A stretch of DNA of 64,000 nt from a virus. The stretch is taken from positions 30,090 through 94,089 of IMG/VR virus record IMGVR_UViG_3300037483_000299, one strand, 5' to 3'. Positions 1-10,306 of the stretch are shown here, piece by piece. Position 1 is the stretch's first letter. Each line of letters starts with the position of its first letter. The translations under genes were made by a program, and so were the position numbers. The notes below the pieces were generated by a model. That model searched no databases, was not told where the DNA came from, and was given only the letters and a program-made list of their open reading frames with translations.

Positions 1-216
1 GGCGGATCTGCGTGTCCTCCGGCACGCGACGCCTCAAGGTCTTCCGTCGCATCGAAGGGCCATCAAAGAGCAGACGCATTCCGTCATGACCGTGTTCGAT
101 GCGCACCGCCGGGGCCGGCTCGACCTGCTCCCGCTTTCTGAATCCCTGACCCCGCTCCGGCCGGCGGTAGACGCCTGGATTGCGCGAGCGGGGGACACTG
201 GCCGGCGCGCGGCGAA
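1..216 (+). pseudogene. Integrase fragment, degenerate copy of 41629-41890 with a 46-bp frameshifting deletion and 3' truncation
   Basis: Near-identical nucleotide match to the integrase gene; lacks the segment equivalent to 41685-41730. Confidence 0.9.
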
Positions 217-228
217 GCAAGGTTTCGC

Positions 229-615
229 ATGACTCCTCACCCCAAGCCCCCGCTCCGCGCTCCCCGGGAGCCGAAGCCCCTGAAACGCTCCACCTGGCTC
301 TCCCGCGGGAAGCGGCCGAAGGCCCGGAAGGTCACCAAGGGCGGCCGGAACACGATGCCGGCGAAGCTGGCCTGGCTGCGGTGGCTCGGATGCGCTGTGT
401 GTCCGGCCTGGCCGGCGGAAGCCCACCACGAACGCCAGGGCGGAGCCCGGGCGGATGACCGGAAGACGGTCCCGCTGTGCGCCGCGCATCATCGGTTGCC
501 GGGGCCGGAATCCCGGGAAGCGTTGGGCCGGGAAGGCTTTGAGCGGTGCCACGGCGTGAACCTGGACACCCTCTGCGCGGACTACCAGCGACGATGGGAG
601 AACGCTGGTGGCTAA
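229..615 (+). CDS. HNH-like/DUF968-type Zn-binding putative nuclease
   Basis: CAVC...EAHHER...DDRKTVPLCAAHHR; paralog of 43533-43913. Confidence 0.7.
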   Translation: MTPHPKPPLRAPREPKPLKRSTWLSRGKRPKARKVTKGGRNTMPAKLAWLRWLGCAVCPAWPAEAHHERQGGARADDRKTVPLCAAHHRLPGPESREALGREGFERCHGVNLDTLCADYQRRWENAGG

Positions 616-850
616 CCGCCGCGGTACTTTCGTTCCTGGGCCGCGATCCCAAGCCATCGGGCGGCTGGCGTCTGAGCACAAGAGAGCGGCCAAACTCGCC
701 CAGCCGTTGACCCTCTCGACCCGCTGTCCACGCTGTCACCATCCGCTCCACTTCCAGACTGACTTCATAGGGCACAGTCTTGATTCCTGCTCCGGGTGCG
801 GGTATCGGGCACGACCCAGCCGCTTGCGCGCACCGGTAGGGCCGTCCTAG
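608..850 (+). CDS. Small Zn-ribbon protein
   Basis: CPRC...CSGC; coupled to upstream ORF; positional analog of 43913-44200. Confidence 0.5.
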   Translation: MANRRGTFVPGPRSQAIGRLASEHKRAAKLAQPLTLSTRCPRCHHPLHFQTDFIGHSLDSCSGCGYRARPSRLRAPVGPS

Positions 851-863
851 CCTACCAGGTAGG

Positions 864-1229
864 ATGGCTGAAACCGCCAAAAAGATGGTCAAATCCGGGA
901 ACAAAACCGGGAATGGCACTATGCTGTCCCCGAGAAACGGTGCTGTCTGCCCCACCGGTGCGCATCCGGGAAACACTGGGGGAAAGCCAGGGCGGTCCGG
1001 GCGGAAGGCGAAGGATTTCCGCCAGCTCTGTGGCGAGGCGGTGGACAAGTACGCCCGTCCGAAGGCCGCCAAAGTGCTCAAGACGCAAGAGCCGGGGGAT
1101 GGGGAGAAGGCCAACCCGACGTGGTGGGCAGCCGCGGCGTACCTCGCCCGGTACGGCCAGCCGGAGCCGCCGAAGGAAGTCAACGCCAAGATTGGCGGGA
1201 CGGTCATCCTGAAGGCCGTCCGTGAGTGA
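864..1229 (+). CDS. Putative terminase small subunit
   Basis: Directly upstream of and overlapping TerL; GNxGG..GR motif. Confidence 0.55.
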   Translation: MAETAKKMVKSGNKTGNGTMLSPRNGAVCPTGAHPGNTGGKPGRSGRKAKDFRQLCGEAVDKYARPKAAKVLKTQEPGDGEKANPTWWAAAAYLARYGQPEPPKEVNAKIGGTVILKAVRE

Positions 1230-2763
1230 AGAGTACGTCGTCCCGATCCCGGATCTTCTGGCCCACCAACACGAAAGCGCCTACCATCCCGCCCGGTTCA
1301 AGCTCCTCTGTAAAGGCCGGCGGTCCGGCAAGGACATCGAAGCGTTCAACGTCTCGTGGTTTGGGCATGGACCGGACCGGAAATGGCCGGGCATCGTAGA
1401 CGGCTGGGATGTGGCGTGGCTGGCCCCGGATTACCCTCAGGCTAAGAGCGTGTGGCTCCAAGAGATTCAACCCCGGTTTGAGGGCATTCCTGGGGTCAAC
1501 CTGAACGAGACCGAGCACCGGGTGACTATCGAGGGTCACGGGTCGCTGGTCCTCCGGTCCGCTGAGAACGTGACGAGCCTCCGGGGATTAGGGAAGCGGC
1601 TGATTGGCGTCGTGGTGAATGAGGCGGCGCACCTCGATCTCGCCGATGCGTGGCGCCGAGTCATCAGGCCAATCCTCATGGACAACAAGGGCTGGGCCTA
1701 CATCATGTCCACCCCGAACCGTGGCGCCGACGGCGGGGTGGATGAGGAGGGAATCCGCCGGGTCCCGAGCTACTTCAACACGCTGTGCGAGGAAGTCCGG
1801 GCGGGGAAACGGGGCACGGACTGGGCCGTGTGGTTTGGGGATGCCCGCGAGAACCCCAAGATCCCAGCGGACGAGTTCCAGGCGTTGCTCGCCGAGTATC
1901 CCGAGGGATCGGTGGCGATGCAGGAGGAAGTCTACGCCCTCCTGCTGCCTCCGGGAACGGGGCTGGCGTTCAGCGAGTGGCGGGACGACGTGCATGTCTT
2001 GGACACGTTTACGGTCCCGCGACACTGGCGCTATGCCGGTGGGTACGACTGGGGCTACTGGAGCCCGAGCGCCTTTATCCTGTTCGCGCAGGGGGATGAT
2101 GGGGCGACGGTGGCGGTGGCCGAGAAGAAGTGGACGCAGAAACTCGCCTTTGAAATGGGTCAGGACATCGCCCGGATGTGCCAGGCGGTCGCCCCCATGC
2201 CGGTTGAGTACATCGCGGCGGATTCGTCCATGTGGGGCGTCCAAGCCCAGAAGGGCTTTCCGAACATCGCTGAGGAGCTACAAGCCGGGATCAACGCGGA
2301 GTGGGATCGGGCTCGGGAGGCTGGCTGGAAAGGCCCACTGCGAGCGCCGATGCTTGTAGCCATCGCGAAGGGCCACGACTCGCGCATCGCCGGCGCGACG
2401 CTGTTCCACCGCTACCTCAAGTGGACGGCGGAAAAGGATGGGACCATTCTCCCGTTCAACCTGCCGCGCTTGCGATTCACGAAAGCGTGTCCCTACCTTG
2501 TGGCGTCCATTCCCCGACTGCCGCCGAGCCCGACGGACAACGAGGACGTGGATACGGACGCCGACGATCACGGGTACGATGCGGCCCGATACTACCTGAT
2601 GAGCCGGCCGCCGTTGCCGGAGGCGCCGAGAGCGGCCAAGTCGGCGGACGATCATCCCGGGCTGACGGAGCGGTATCCGGGGCTCGTGGAAGGGACGAAA
2701 CGGGAGCCGGTAGGGCTCAACAAGTACACGCCCAGCAAGGTGCGAACGGAGGCGGGATGGTGA
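1222..2763 (+). CDS. terL: Terminase large subunit
   Basis: Walker A GRRSGKD, SLRG, Walker B VVNEAA, STP coupling motif, nuclease DWG and DHGYDAARY. Confidence 0.92.
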   Translation: MSEEYVVPIPDLLAHQHESAYHPARFKLLCKGRRSGKDIEAFNVSWFGHGPDRKWPGIVDGWDVAWLAPDYPQAKSVWLQEIQPRFEGIPGVNLNETEHRVTIEGHGSLVLRSAENVTSLRGLGKRLIGVVVNEAAHLDLADAWRRVIRPILMDNKGWAYIMSTPNRGADGGVDEEGIRRVPSYFNTLCEEVRAGKRGTDWAVWFGDARENPKIPADEFQALLAEYPEGSVAMQEEVYALLLPPGTGLAFSEWRDDVHVLDTFTVPRHWRYAGGYDWGYWSPSAFILFAQGDDGATVAVAEKKWTQKLAFEMGQDIARMCQAVAPMPVEYIAADSSMWGVQAQKGFPNIAEELQAGINAEWDRAREAGWKGPLRAPMLVAIAKGHDSRIAGATLFHRYLKWTAEKDGTILPFNLPRLRFTKACPYLVASIPRLPPSPTDNEDVDTDADDHGYDAARYYLMSRPPLPEAPRAAKSADDHPGLTERYPGLVEGTKREPVGLNKYTPSKVRTEAGW

Positions 2764-2903
2764 GGTCATGGCAGAAGGCTGATGACGCTGCGTACAACGC
2801 GGCGCTGTTGAAGGCCACACGGAAGATCATGCGTGCTATGATCCGGCGGACAGCCGCACAGTTCGCGGCACAATACTACCCGCCATTGAAGCGGAAGCCA
2901 TGA
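2757..2903 (+). CDS. Small hypothetical protein
   Basis: ATG with GGAGG RBS, overlaps neighbours. Confidence 0.4.
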   Translation: MVRSWQKADDAAYNAALLKATRKIMRAMIRRTAAQFAAQYYPPLKRKP

Positions 2904-3349
2904 TCCGCCTTCCCTGGGTGAGCCGAGCCCGGTACGAGGCGGCTGCGGCTGCTGCGGAAACCGAGCATCAGTTGGCCGAAATGGGAAGCAAGTCCACGCT
3001 CGCCGCACTTGAAGGGATGCAGAGGGCTTGCGACGGCGTGGTTGCCGATATCCGACGAGAAGCGGCCCAGGAACGTGCCGAGTGGGCCAGTCGCTATGAG
3101 GCCCTAGTGGACAAGCTCGCCGCGCTCAAACACGAGGGCTACGGCCCGCCCGTCACCCTGCCCACCCCTGAGCCGGAGCCAGTTGAGCCACTTCCTGCTG
3201 CGGTGCGGAAAGCCATCAACGACCGGGCGAGCAAGGGGTCCGTAGCGTGGCGGCATCTGGAACGGCAGGCACGGGAGAAGATCGGACTGGGGGTGGATGT
3301 GTCCGAAGTGGCGGCGCTGATCCTGAACGGGGAGCCGGTCGAATGGTAA
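2900..3349 (+). CDS. Hypothetical coiled-coil protein
   Basis: ATGA coupling, helical composition. Confidence 0.6.
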   Translation: MIRLPWVSRARYEAAAAAAETEHQLAEMGSKSTLAALEGMQRACDGVVADIRREAAQERAEWASRYEALVDKLAALKHEGYGPPVTLPTPEPEPVEPLPAAVRKAINDRASKGSVAWRHLERQAREKIGLGVDVSEVAALILNGEPVEW

Positions 3350-3702
3350 CGATCCCGACAGAAGCCTCGGTGGCATTGGACCATTTCGAGTATCGGGTCA
3401 AACGGATGGTGCCGCTTGCGCTGATGGGCCGAACGTCAGCCGAGGCCATTCTTGACCAGCAGGCGCGCTCCTGCATCCTGCTCATCACGCACGTCGTACT
3501 CGGGAAACGGGGGGCGGTGCTGCGGGTGCCAGACACATGGTGGGACCACACGAAGGAACGGTGGTTTCCAGCTTGGGCCCTTCGCCGCTGGCCGGTGCAG
3601 TATCGGGAGCATGAAGCGCGTCTGCTGCTGCCGTATCTGCCGTTGCCGACGACGCGGGAGTGGGAATCGGTGGCGGTGTTCGCACAGGACCCAAAGGCAT
3701 GA
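3343..3702 (+). CDS. Hypothetical phage protein
   Basis: PxTWWDHxKERWFP motif seen in phage hypotheticals; coupled. Confidence 0.6.
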   Translation: MVTIPTEASVALDHFEYRVKRMVPLALMGRTSAEAILDQQARSCILLITHVVLGKRGAVLRVPDTWWDHTKERWFPAWALRRWPVQYREHEARLLLPYLPLPTTREWESVAVFAQDPKA

Positions 3703-3860
3703 CAGCAACCCATGACGACCGGAAGTGGCAGCACGTCAAGATTGCCTTTCGTGCCATGCCGTGGCGGCATCGGCTGACGCTGTTGTGGGGCGGGACGCTG
3801 CATCTTCTGGTGCGGCGCAAAGGGGACGGGATCGAGATTCGCGGCGTGAAGGTAGCCTGA
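3699..3860 (+). CDS. Small hypothetical protein
   Basis: ATGA coupling. Confidence 0.45.
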   Translation: MTATHDDRKWQHVKIAFRAMPWRHRLTLLWGGTLHLLVRRKGDGIEIRGVKVA

Positions 3861-4057
3861 TGAACGCGAGAACGTGCCTAGAGCACGGCATTCCGTATCC
3901 CTGCCCGGTATCTATCGTGGGTCACTGGGCCATTGAGGATGGGACCGATGGATGGTACGTTGTGCGGCCGTGGGACCAAGGACGATGCGGTCCCTTCACG
4001 GAGGCAGAAGCGGCCGCGCAATTGCCTATCCTCCAGCGGCTCTACGGGGTGGCCTGA
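3860..4057 (+). CDS. Small hypothetical protein
   Basis: TGATG coupling. Confidence 0.45.
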   Translation: MNARTCLEHGIPYPCPVSIVGHWAIEDGTDGWYVVRPWDQGRCGPFTEAEAAAQLPILQRLYGVA

Positions 4058-4368
4058 TGGACATTCGCTACCCGGGGATGCACGAAGTAGACCGACTCCT
4101 GCACCGACGGGATGATCGGCCACCGTCATGGCGACCAGTAGAGTACCTACCCGACGTGTACAGGATGACGATGGCTCCGTGGTGGATTGTATGGCTTTAT
4201 CGGTGGCTCCCGTCACACGTTGGCTGGTGCAACCGTCCCGAACACCGTCGGTGCCAGGAGGTAGCGTTCTACTTGTGGAATCTGTCGGCGCCCCGATGGC
4301 GTATTGGATGGCTTCCACGCAGTCGCACTACGTACCGGACGCGTCGGCTGATCGCCGCGCGGTTCTAG
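4057..4368 (+). CDS. Hypothetical protein
   Basis: TGATG coupling. Confidence 0.45.
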   Translation: MDIRYPGMHEVDRLLHRRDDRPPSWRPVEYLPDVYRMTMAPWWIVWLYRWLPSHVGWCNRPEHRRCQEVAFYLWNLSAPRWRIGWLPRSRTTYRTRRLIAARF

Positions 4369-4380
4369 CAGGAGGGTGGG

Positions 4381-6753
4381 GTGGCGGATCAATTCGACGG
4401 CTTAGAGGATCAGGGCAACTTCACGCCCGGCTCCACGGCATCCGACGACGTGGCGCGGGAGAACCTACTCACGCTCGCGCAATCGGACCCGGAAGGCTGC
4501 GCCCGCCGGCTGCTAGCCGATTGGGACGCCTCAAACAAGCACGTCAAGAGTCTCAAGGCGCAATGGAAGGTGAACCGCGCACGCGCGAAGGGGTTTACCG
4601 GCGTCTCCCTCATCAAGCAGCAGGACGAGAACAAGGCATACATCCCCATCGGGGCCCGGCAGTCTGTTGCCGGCATGAACAAGGCCGCGCGGCTCAAGCG
4701 GCGTCTCCGGGCCCAGATGTTCGCCGATCCCGCCAAGCCAGAAGCGACCCCGAGTACAGATGAGGACCAGGACCGGGACGCGGCTGAGCTGGCGACGCGG
4801 GTCCTCGAGGATCTGTGCTCAGAGGGCAATCTCGATTTCAACTTGAAGGCTGGCGATGCCTTTGACCTCGGGTCGGATTACGGGTCCGGGTTCATCCGGT
4901 TCTGGGTTGATCCCTACGGTGGCGGGAATAAGCCGAAGGACATCTACGCCTCGCCGTTCGCGGTCACTGAGCAGGAGCCGTTTGCGCTGGGGCCGGCCGG
5001 GGAGAAGGCCCCGCCCCGGCTCCGGTACGTGACCGTCAAGGGCCAGATCGTGGACGATCCCAAGCAGGCGGCGCGGGTCTGGCTGCCCAAGCTCCGGGAC
5101 GAACTCCTCACCGGGCGGCAGGTGCGCTTCCTGCCCCATACGGCCCGGGATCTCTGGGATGCAGACGCGGTGATGGTGGGGGCGATGGTGCCGCTGGGGG
5201 TGGTGAAGGCCATGTTCCCCGAGCTGGCCAAGAAGCCCGATGTGGAGATCCAGAAACTCACCGGCTATCGGCCGCAGGAATCGGCCGACCTGTTACCCTC
5301 CGGCAAGAAGGATCATCGCGGCTCGGGGGATGTGGACGCGCAGTACGTCTTCGTGCTCTCCCGCTATCACAAACAGTGTGCCGACTACCCGCAGGGCGCG
5401 TATCTCGTGCTGGTGGGCGAGTCGTATCTGGCCCATACCGGTGAGTGGTACGATACCGAGGCCGATCAGCCGCTCGACATTCCCCTGACGCAGTTCGGGC
5501 ACTACCACGAGGAGGACAATCCCTACAAGCAGGGGACGATGGAGCTGCTGGGGCCGGGGAATGAAGTGCGGGCCATGATGCTCGGCGCGATGCTGGAACA
5601 TCTCGACAAGTTCCTCAACCGCCGCATCTTCGTCCCGCTCACCTCCGTCCTCAAGCCGGAACAACTCCAGTCCGAGACCGCGAGTGTCATTCAAATCAAC
5701 CCCGGCGGAGAGCCGTTCTACGAGCAGCTACCGGATTTCCCGGTCTCGGCCGAGAAGATGTATGCCATGACCGGGGACGACATGGACGATGAATCCGGGT
5801 TGCAGGAGAGCGGGCAGGGCGGCGAAGTCCCCAGCGTCACGTCGGGCAAGCAGTTGACTCAGATCATCGAGCAGGTGGTGGCCGGGCTGTCGGAGCTACG
5901 GGAGAACACGATCCGGGGCTTCGTCCGCGGCTGGCGCATCATGCTCCAACTCACCCGGGCCTATTACTCGATGCCCCAGAAGATCAAGTGGATGGGAGAG
6001 GATGGGGGCTACAAGGTCAAGGAATGGACCGGCTCGGACCTGGGGGGCACTCGGGACGTGCGGATGTTGAAGGGCAGCTTTACGCAGTTGACCCCCGTCC
6101 ACAAGGCGAACCTCGCGCTGACCTATTTCGGGGTCCGGGATGCTCAGGGCCAGCCGTTGCTCGGGCTCCAAGATGTGCGGCACCTGATTACCGGGGAAGT
6201 CGGGCCCTGGCTCGGGATGCGGGACGATCCCCACCGGATGCGGGTCAAGCGGCAGATCAGCCAGTGGTCCGAGGGTCCCCCGGAGGGCTGGCAACCGCCA
6301 CAGGCGCCGACCGACCCATTCACCGGCCAGCCGGCGGTTGATCCCAATACCGGGCAGCCGGCCCAACCGCCCCCCGATCCGACGTTGACCAGCATCTTCG
6401 CCCCTGTTCCGGTGGACGAGGAACAAGCGGTGGCGGTGATTCGGACGGAGGAGCTGGGCCGAGCGATGGCGGGCGGTCGGTATGCTAGGATGCCCCCACC
6501 GTGGCAGGCTGGGCTCCAGATGGCCTATCAGACGGCCCGGCAGGCGGCAGGGCAGGCCACGGTCCGGGAACAGCAGCAGGCCGCCCAGGCTCAACAACAG
6601 CAGGCCGTCCAGGTGGAGAAGGAGAAAGAAGCGGCCAAGGTGGAGGGGAAGATCGCGGTCGAGCGGGCGGTGACGCAGATGGGGGGCATGGGTGGGGGAA
6701 TGATGAGCAAGCCGGGAGACGGGCGGCCGGTGATGGGTGGGATGACGCGCTAG
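4381..6753 (+). CDS. Portal protein (P22/podovirus-like)
   Basis: 790 aa after TerL, D.DAAELA..VL and SGKQL..IIEQ portal-like segments, Q/P-rich C-terminus, GGAGG RBS. Confidence 0.8.
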   Translation: MADQFDGLEDQGNFTPGSTASDDVARENLLTLAQSDPEGCARRLLADWDASNKHVKSLKAQWKVNRARAKGFTGVSLIKQQDENKAYIPIGARQSVAGMNKAARLKRRLRAQMFADPAKPEATPSTDEDQDRDAAELATRVLEDLCSEGNLDFNLKAGDAFDLGSDYGSGFIRFWVDPYGGGNKPKDIYASPFAVTEQEPFALGPAGEKAPPRLRYVTVKGQIVDDPKQAARVWLPKLRDELLTGRQVRFLPHTARDLWDADAVMVGAMVPLGVVKAMFPELAKKPDVEIQKLTGYRPQESADLLPSGKKDHRGSGDVDAQYVFVLSRYHKQCADYPQGAYLVLVGESYLAHTGEWYDTEADQPLDIPLTQFGHYHEEDNPYKQGTMELLGPGNEVRAMMLGAMLEHLDKFLNRRIFVPLTSVLKPEQLQSETASVIQINPGGEPFYEQLPDFPVSAEKMYAMTGDDMDDESGLQESGQGGEVPSVTSGKQLTQIIEQVVAGLSELRENTIRGFVRGWRIMLQLTRAYYSMPQKIKWMGEDGGYKVKEWTGSDLGGTRDVRMLKGSFTQLTPVHKANLALTYFGVRDAQGQPLLGLQDVRHLITGEVGPWLGMRDDPHRMRVKRQISQWSEGPPEGWQPPQAPTDPFTGQPAVDPNTGQPAQPPPDPTLTSIFAPVPVDEEQAVAVIRTEELGRAMAGGRYARMPPPWQAGLQMAYQTARQAAGQATVREQQQAAQAQQQQAVQVEKEKEAAKVEGKIAVERAVTQMGGMGGGMMSKPGDGRPVMGGMTR

Positions 6754-6859
6754 ATGACGTAAGCCAGTATGGCTACGCGGGATACCTCGTGTGGCCAACA
6801 AGTGACAGTGACGCGACAGTGAGCAGGCATCTTGACACCACCTTATCAGGAGCCCTAGT

Positions 6860-8029
6860 ATGGCTGACGACACGCTGACCAGCGCCGAAGATGCGACCCT
6901 CGATGGTGAGTTGGATCGCGTATTCTCCGCCGCGTCAGCCCCCGAGCCGGACCCCGCAGCTTCGACGGCAGGCGCCCCAAGCGCCGAACCCGCCCCCGCT
7001 GAAGGTTCCCAACCCCGGGATGACGCTGGACGGTTCGCCCCGAAGTCGGCGGACACCGCCCCGGCCGTAGCCGAACCGGCTCTCCAAGAGCCCCAGGCCA
7101 AGCCGAGCGAGTCCCCCGCACCCCAGGCGGAACCCACACCGGAACCGGCACCTGATCTGCAAGCGCAGATCGATGCGCTTCCTGCGTTCCAGTATCGAGC
7201 GGACGGGGAGCCTGTTGAGATCCCCGGCTCGAAGGTGGGACCCGACGGGGCGTTCATCCCCAAAGCCGCCTTCCTCGATCTGCAACGCACGCTCTCGGCC
7301 GGCCGGTTGTATCCCAAGCGTCATCAGGAATGGCGCCGGGAAACGGATGCCGCGAACGAAGAAGCCGCTGCCCAGAAAGACGCTTGGGAGTTCGTCATCG
7401 GCTTTTTCGACAAGAAAGCGGCAGAAGGTGGCCTAGTTGACTGGGCCCAGAAGGCTGAGCTGGAATATCCGATCCTGCGGGAACAGGCGCAGGCGCGGTA
7501 CTGGGAACGGAAGGCAAAGGCAGCCGAAAAGGGCCTGTCCTCCGTTACCCAGCAGCAGCAAGCGGCACTCCTCCGGCCGCAGATGGATGCGGCACTCGAA
7601 GGGGCGTTACAGGAGTTCGGGACGGGGCTGGACGCCGGGGACGTGAAAGAGCTGTTCGACACGTTGCGGCGGCCGGACTACGAAGCTGCCCTGTTCCCGA
7701 CGGCGCCGGAGGATATGCCCGAGTACGGGATTCGGAAGGGCGAGCGGATCATCAACCGCCAGTTGGTGCGGGATGAAGCCGAGCGGTTGCGGCGGATCGT
7801 CGGGCGCTACAAGCCCAACGGCCAACCGACCGCGAGCCCGGCGGAAACGAAAGCAGCGGCCCACAACGCGGCCGTGCAGGCAGGAGCAAAGAAGCAGCCG
7901 CCTCCGACGGTGGGGGCGACCCGGGGACCGGCGCCGAGCGGCAAGCCCGTGACGCGGCCGGTGTTCACGAATACCGAGGATGCGGACGAGTACTACTTCG
8001 GCCGTGGATTCAACCCGGACACTGACTAA
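6860..8029 (+). CDS. Capsid scaffolding protein
   Basis: Between portal and MCP; acidic Pro/Ala-rich N-terminus with RDDAGRFA motif. Confidence 0.7.
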   Translation: MADDTLTSAEDATLDGELDRVFSAASAPEPDPAASTAGAPSAEPAPAEGSQPRDDAGRFAPKSADTAPAVAEPALQEPQAKPSESPAPQAEPTPEPAPDLQAQIDALPAFQYRADGEPVEIPGSKVGPDGAFIPKAAFLDLQRTLSAGRLYPKRHQEWRRETDAANEEAAAQKDAWEFVIGFFDKKAAEGGLVDWAQKAELEYPILREQAQARYWERKAKAAEKGLSSVTQQQQAALLRPQMDAALEGALQEFGTGLDAGDVKELFDTLRRPDYEAALFPTAPEDMPEYGIRKGERIINRQLVRDEAERLRRIVGRYKPNGQPTASPAETKAAAHNAAVQAGAKKQPPPTVGATRGPAPSGKPVTRPVFTNTEDADEYYFGRGFNPDTD

Positions 8030-8087
8030 CAAGCCCGCTGCACCATTGGGGTGTAGGGGCGGGGGAATGTGAGGGGGCGTAACTCCA

Positions 8088-9359
8088 ATGGCGACAGCCA
8101 CATACGCAGTAACGCGCTCGGACACCGATCTTGAGCAACTTTGGCGCAAGGTGCAGGCCGGCGTGGTCGAGGCGTTCAACTTCGGAGTTGAGGAATGGAA
8201 CCTCCTCAACAAGCTCACCAACTTCGACGTGGATTGGTCCGCTCGGGAAATCACCCTGGAGCTGGACGTGCTGGACGACTACGGGACCGCCTCGATCATC
8301 GAAGGCGGGAAGGAATCCCGGCCGTCCTCGCCCGCTCCGGTGACGGCGACCATTACCTGGATTCTGCTCAACAAGCGGTTCACCATCAGCAAGACCGCCC
8401 AGTACATCAGCGAGCAGACGCCGAAGGCGATGCTCGAAAACCAGCTCAAGTTCCAGAGCAAGAAAGCCGTCCAGGGCATCCGCCGGAAAGTCGGCGACAT
8501 GTTCTATGGCTTCTCGACGGGGACGGTGGCCATCGTCACCGGCATCTCGACCGACGCCGTGACGCTTCAGGATCTCTACGGCATCAGCGGCCTCGGGGCG
8601 ACCACGGACGACCGGCAGGTGATCGACCTGTTCCGGGCGGGCGACTATGTGGCCTTCCTCAATCCGTCCGGCCCGGCGCTGCGGACCAGCGGTATCGCGC
8701 TGATCGACTCGGTGACCGAGGCCACGAACGTCATCAACGGGACCACGTTCTCGGATGTCTCGACGGTCACCGCCTCGGACTTGGTGGTGTTCGCCAACAA
8801 CCTGGAAAACACCACGATGGCCTCCGGCACTGAGCGGTCCCAGAACCTCGTCGGATTGCTGGACGCCATGACCAGTGTGTCGGTGCATGGCGTGTCCAAC
8901 TCCTCGACCCCGCGCTGGAACGTCGCCGGCTCGGATACCGCGGGCGGCCGGTTCACCGGCATCAAGCTGCGGAAGATGAAGCAGGCGATTGCCAACAACG
9001 GCGGCGTCGAGCTGGACACCGTGATTTGGTCCAACGGCGTCGAGAACGACGTGGTGGCGCAGTTGCAGGCGGGCCTTCGGTTCTCCGATGCGTTCAACAT
9101 GGAGCTGGACGGCAAGCCCACCAGCAAGGGCGTGACCTTCTTCACCAGTCGGCGGGTGCCGGATGGCTACGTGTTCGGGTTCGCCAAGAAGGCAATCAAC
9201 AAGATGACCCTACTCCCGGAACCCGGGAAGCAGGCATTCGACGACGGCCACAAGCTGCAGGACGACAGCGGGCTGGTGTTCAGTCTCGACTATCCCTGCG
9301 CGATGGTCTACAAGAACCGCGCGGCGATGTACTACCTGAGCGGCGTGACCGAGCAGTAG
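8088..9359 (+). CDS. Major capsid protein
   Basis: 423 aa after scaffold, strong codon bias, followed by terminator-like hairpin. Confidence 0.75.
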   Translation: MATATYAVTRSDTDLEQLWRKVQAGVVEAFNFGVEEWNLLNKLTNFDVDWSAREITLELDVLDDYGTASIIEGGKESRPSSPAPVTATITWILLNKRFTISKTAQYISEQTPKAMLENQLKFQSKKAVQGIRRKVGDMFYGFSTGTVAIVTGISTDAVTLQDLYGISGLGATTDDRQVIDLFRAGDYVAFLNPSGPALRTSGIALIDSVTEATNVINGTTFSDVSTVTASDLVVFANNLENTTMASGTERSQNLVGLLDAMTSVSVHGVSNSSTPRWNVAGSDTAGGRFTGIKLRKMKQAIANNGGVELDTVIWSNGVENDVVAQLQAGLRFSDAFNMELDGKPTSKGVTFFTSRRVPDGYVFGFAKKAINKMTLLPEPGKQAFDDGHKLQDDSGLVFSLDYPCAMVYKNRAAMYYLSGVTEQ

Positions 9360-9371
9360 GCCGACGTAGTG

Positions 9372-9410
9372 GCGGCGGGGTGAACGTGGGCCCCGCCGCG
9401 CACCCTTTCC
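9372..9410 (+). terminator. Putative intrinsic terminator after MCP
   Basis: GCGGCGGGG...CCCCGCCGC stem with short pyrimidine tail. Confidence 0.5.
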
Positions 9411-9426
9411 TCTGGAGTGTCTGACC

Positions 9427-10305
9427 ATGATTAGCAAGAGTCTCGCCGCGGCGAATGCCGATGTCATCATCACGGTCTCGAGCGACGTGCCGCAGGCGTA
9501 TAGCCAGCACCCCGAACTGGCGTCCACCGTGTCGTGTTACGTCACGGGGACCTTCGTCGGGACGATCACGTTTGCCGGGACAGTGGACGGCACCAACTGG
9601 GTGACGCTGCCCGGCTACGTCCGCCATGCCTCCGGCATGTTCGCGGGTCCGCAGTTGAGCACGACCACCGGGACCGGCACGTTCCTCATCCCCGCCTACG
9701 GCTTCAACAAGGTCCGGGCCCGGATGACCTCCTATACGTCCGGCACCGCGACCGTCTCCCTCGACAAGGGCTTGGGCGGTGTCCCGGTCCAGCATGTGAG
9801 CACCGAAGGCTTGAAGGCGTCCTACGGCTGCGCCACGCAGTCGCTCGCCACCGTCACATCGGGCACGGACGTAGCGCGCCTCAGTGGATCGGCTACGACA
9901 ACCGTTCGGGTGACACGAATCACTGTGAGCGGCACGATTGACACCGCCGCCCAGTACGTGAACGTCGGCATCTTCAAGCGCACCGCCGCCGCTTCTGGCG
10001 GTACGGCCTCCCAGCCGTCCATCGGGCTCTATGACTCGACGAACGCTGCGGTCACGGCGGTGGTCGATCTCTACACCGGCAACCCGACCACGGGCGCCGG
10101 TATCCTCGTCAAGGCACAACGGGTCTGGTGCGCGCTGTCAGGCACCGCCGCCGCCTCGCCGGGGTTGGCCGTGTTCGAGTTCGGCACCCGGAACAGTCAG
10201 TCGCTCGTCCTGCGGGGTGTGGCCCAGGGCGCCGCCGTGAACTTGGGGACGACCGGCAACGCCGGCGTGTTCGACATCGACTTCGAGTGGACTGAGGAGA
10301 TATAA
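9427..10305 (+). CDS. Virion structural protein (beta-rich)
   Basis: Thr/Gly/Ser-rich, GTFVGTITF..TVDGTNW. Confidence 0.6.
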   Translation: MISKSLAAANADVIITVSSDVPQAYSQHPELASTVSCYVTGTFVGTITFAGTVDGTNWVTLPGYVRHASGMFAGPQLSTTTGTGTFLIPAYGFNKVRARMTSYTSGTATVSLDKGLGGVPVQHVSTEGLKASYGCATQSLATVTSGTDVARLSGSATTTVRVTRITVSGTIDTAAQYVNVGIFKRTAAASGGTASQPSIGLYDSTNAAVTAVVDLYTGNPTTGAGILVKAQRVWCALSGTAAASPGLAVFEFGTRNSQSLVLRGVAQGAAVNLGTTGNAGVFDIDFEWTEEI

Positions 10306-10306
10306 A

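Noticed and set aside
6832-6861. Sigma70 promoter TTGACA-N18-TAGTAT
   Set aside because: The -10 would overlap the scaffold start codon
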